IMG/VR virus record: IMGVR_UViG_3300048008_000449
Coordinates: 1-64,000 of that record
Length of the DNA: 64,000 bases
Strand: one strand, 5' to 3'
Below, one piece after another: positions 63,826-64,000 of the stretch. The notes below the pieces were generated by a model. That model was not told where the DNA came from, made no database searches, and saw only the letters and a list, made by a program, of their open reading frames with translations. Position numbers and translations under genes: made by a program. Numbering within the stretch: position 1 is the stretch's first letter; every line of letters starts with the position of its first letter.

Positions 63826-64000
63826 TTAGTAATTGAGTGTCGCACTCATTAACTTAACAACATTCTCCCATGTTTTAGGAATATTCATCACTAAATGCAT
63901 GCTGTTGTCCTTCCAACTATGTGTTCTGTGTGTTTTACGTGTGTCTATGTAGTATACACCACCAGCTTTAATAGGCCATATATGCCCATCTGTATGCCAT
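63826..64000 (-). CDS. 3' end of a cupin oxygenase-like gene (AspH-like), running in from the right edge
   Basis: ..WPIKAGGVYYIDTRKTHRTHSW..SMHLVMNI..-stop. Confidence 0.55.
   Translation of the reverse strand, partial: WHTDGHIWPIKAGGVYYIDTRKTHRTHSWKDNSMHLVMNIPKTWENVVKLMSATLNY

Noticed and set aside
1-64000. Many short opposite-strand or alternate-frame ORFs in the track (e.g. 1280-1462, 14076-14288, 24958-25230, 30390-30704, 52838-53296, 61262-61531)
   Set aside because: They are shadows of longer motif-bearing genes, with no RBS context or recognisable motif
1-64000. tRNA, rRNA or CRISPR arrays
   Set aside because: Intergenic gaps are short and show no cloverleaf/T-loop signature and no regularly spaced direct repeats; a tRNAscan-SE run would confirm

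Overview
AT-rich, very gene-dense segment that looks like part of a large T4-like/myovirus-type dsDNA phage genome. Evidence: family-B DNA polymerase, RFC-type clamp loader, lone GroES, DsbA/GapR-like protein, head-protein-like ORFs, ATAAATA late-type motifs, near-consensus sigma70 promoters and no ribosomal/housekeeping operons. The prs, fdxA and DUF59 genes look alphaproteobacterial by eye, which hints at the host (inference). All assignments come from motifs read by eye; no database search was run. Main features: (1) a ~23.5 kb co-directional, translationally coupled cluster (1059-24629) with 12 CxxxCxxC radical-SAM genes, 2 stand-alone SPASM/Twitch genes, an amidinotransferase, a PLP enzyme, an AspH-like oxygenase, a nitroreductase, an SDR, SGNH-like proteins and a paralogous pair of unknown enzymes, flanked by a divergent Kdo-hydroxylase-like gene, with a 13th radical SAM at 54.4-55.7 kb; (2) an iron/Fe-S supply module (IscA, NifU-C, FTR1, FdxA, DUF59, ABM); (3) a second tailoring island (TauD x2, GNAT-like x2, desaturase, minimal ANL enzyme, sulfotransferase-like, SGNH-like); (4) PRPP/adenine salvage genes; (5) a MotA/TolQ/ExbB-like membrane cassette; (6) a preQ1-I-like candidate riboswitch upstream of queD; (7) several sigma70 promoters sharing a palindromic operator-like spacer. 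No tRNA, rRNA or CRISPR array was recognised. The best candidate for an undescribed system is a phage-encoded, Fe-S-self-supplying hypermodification pathway whose substrate is unknown (a glycan/aminocyclitol or virion proteins).
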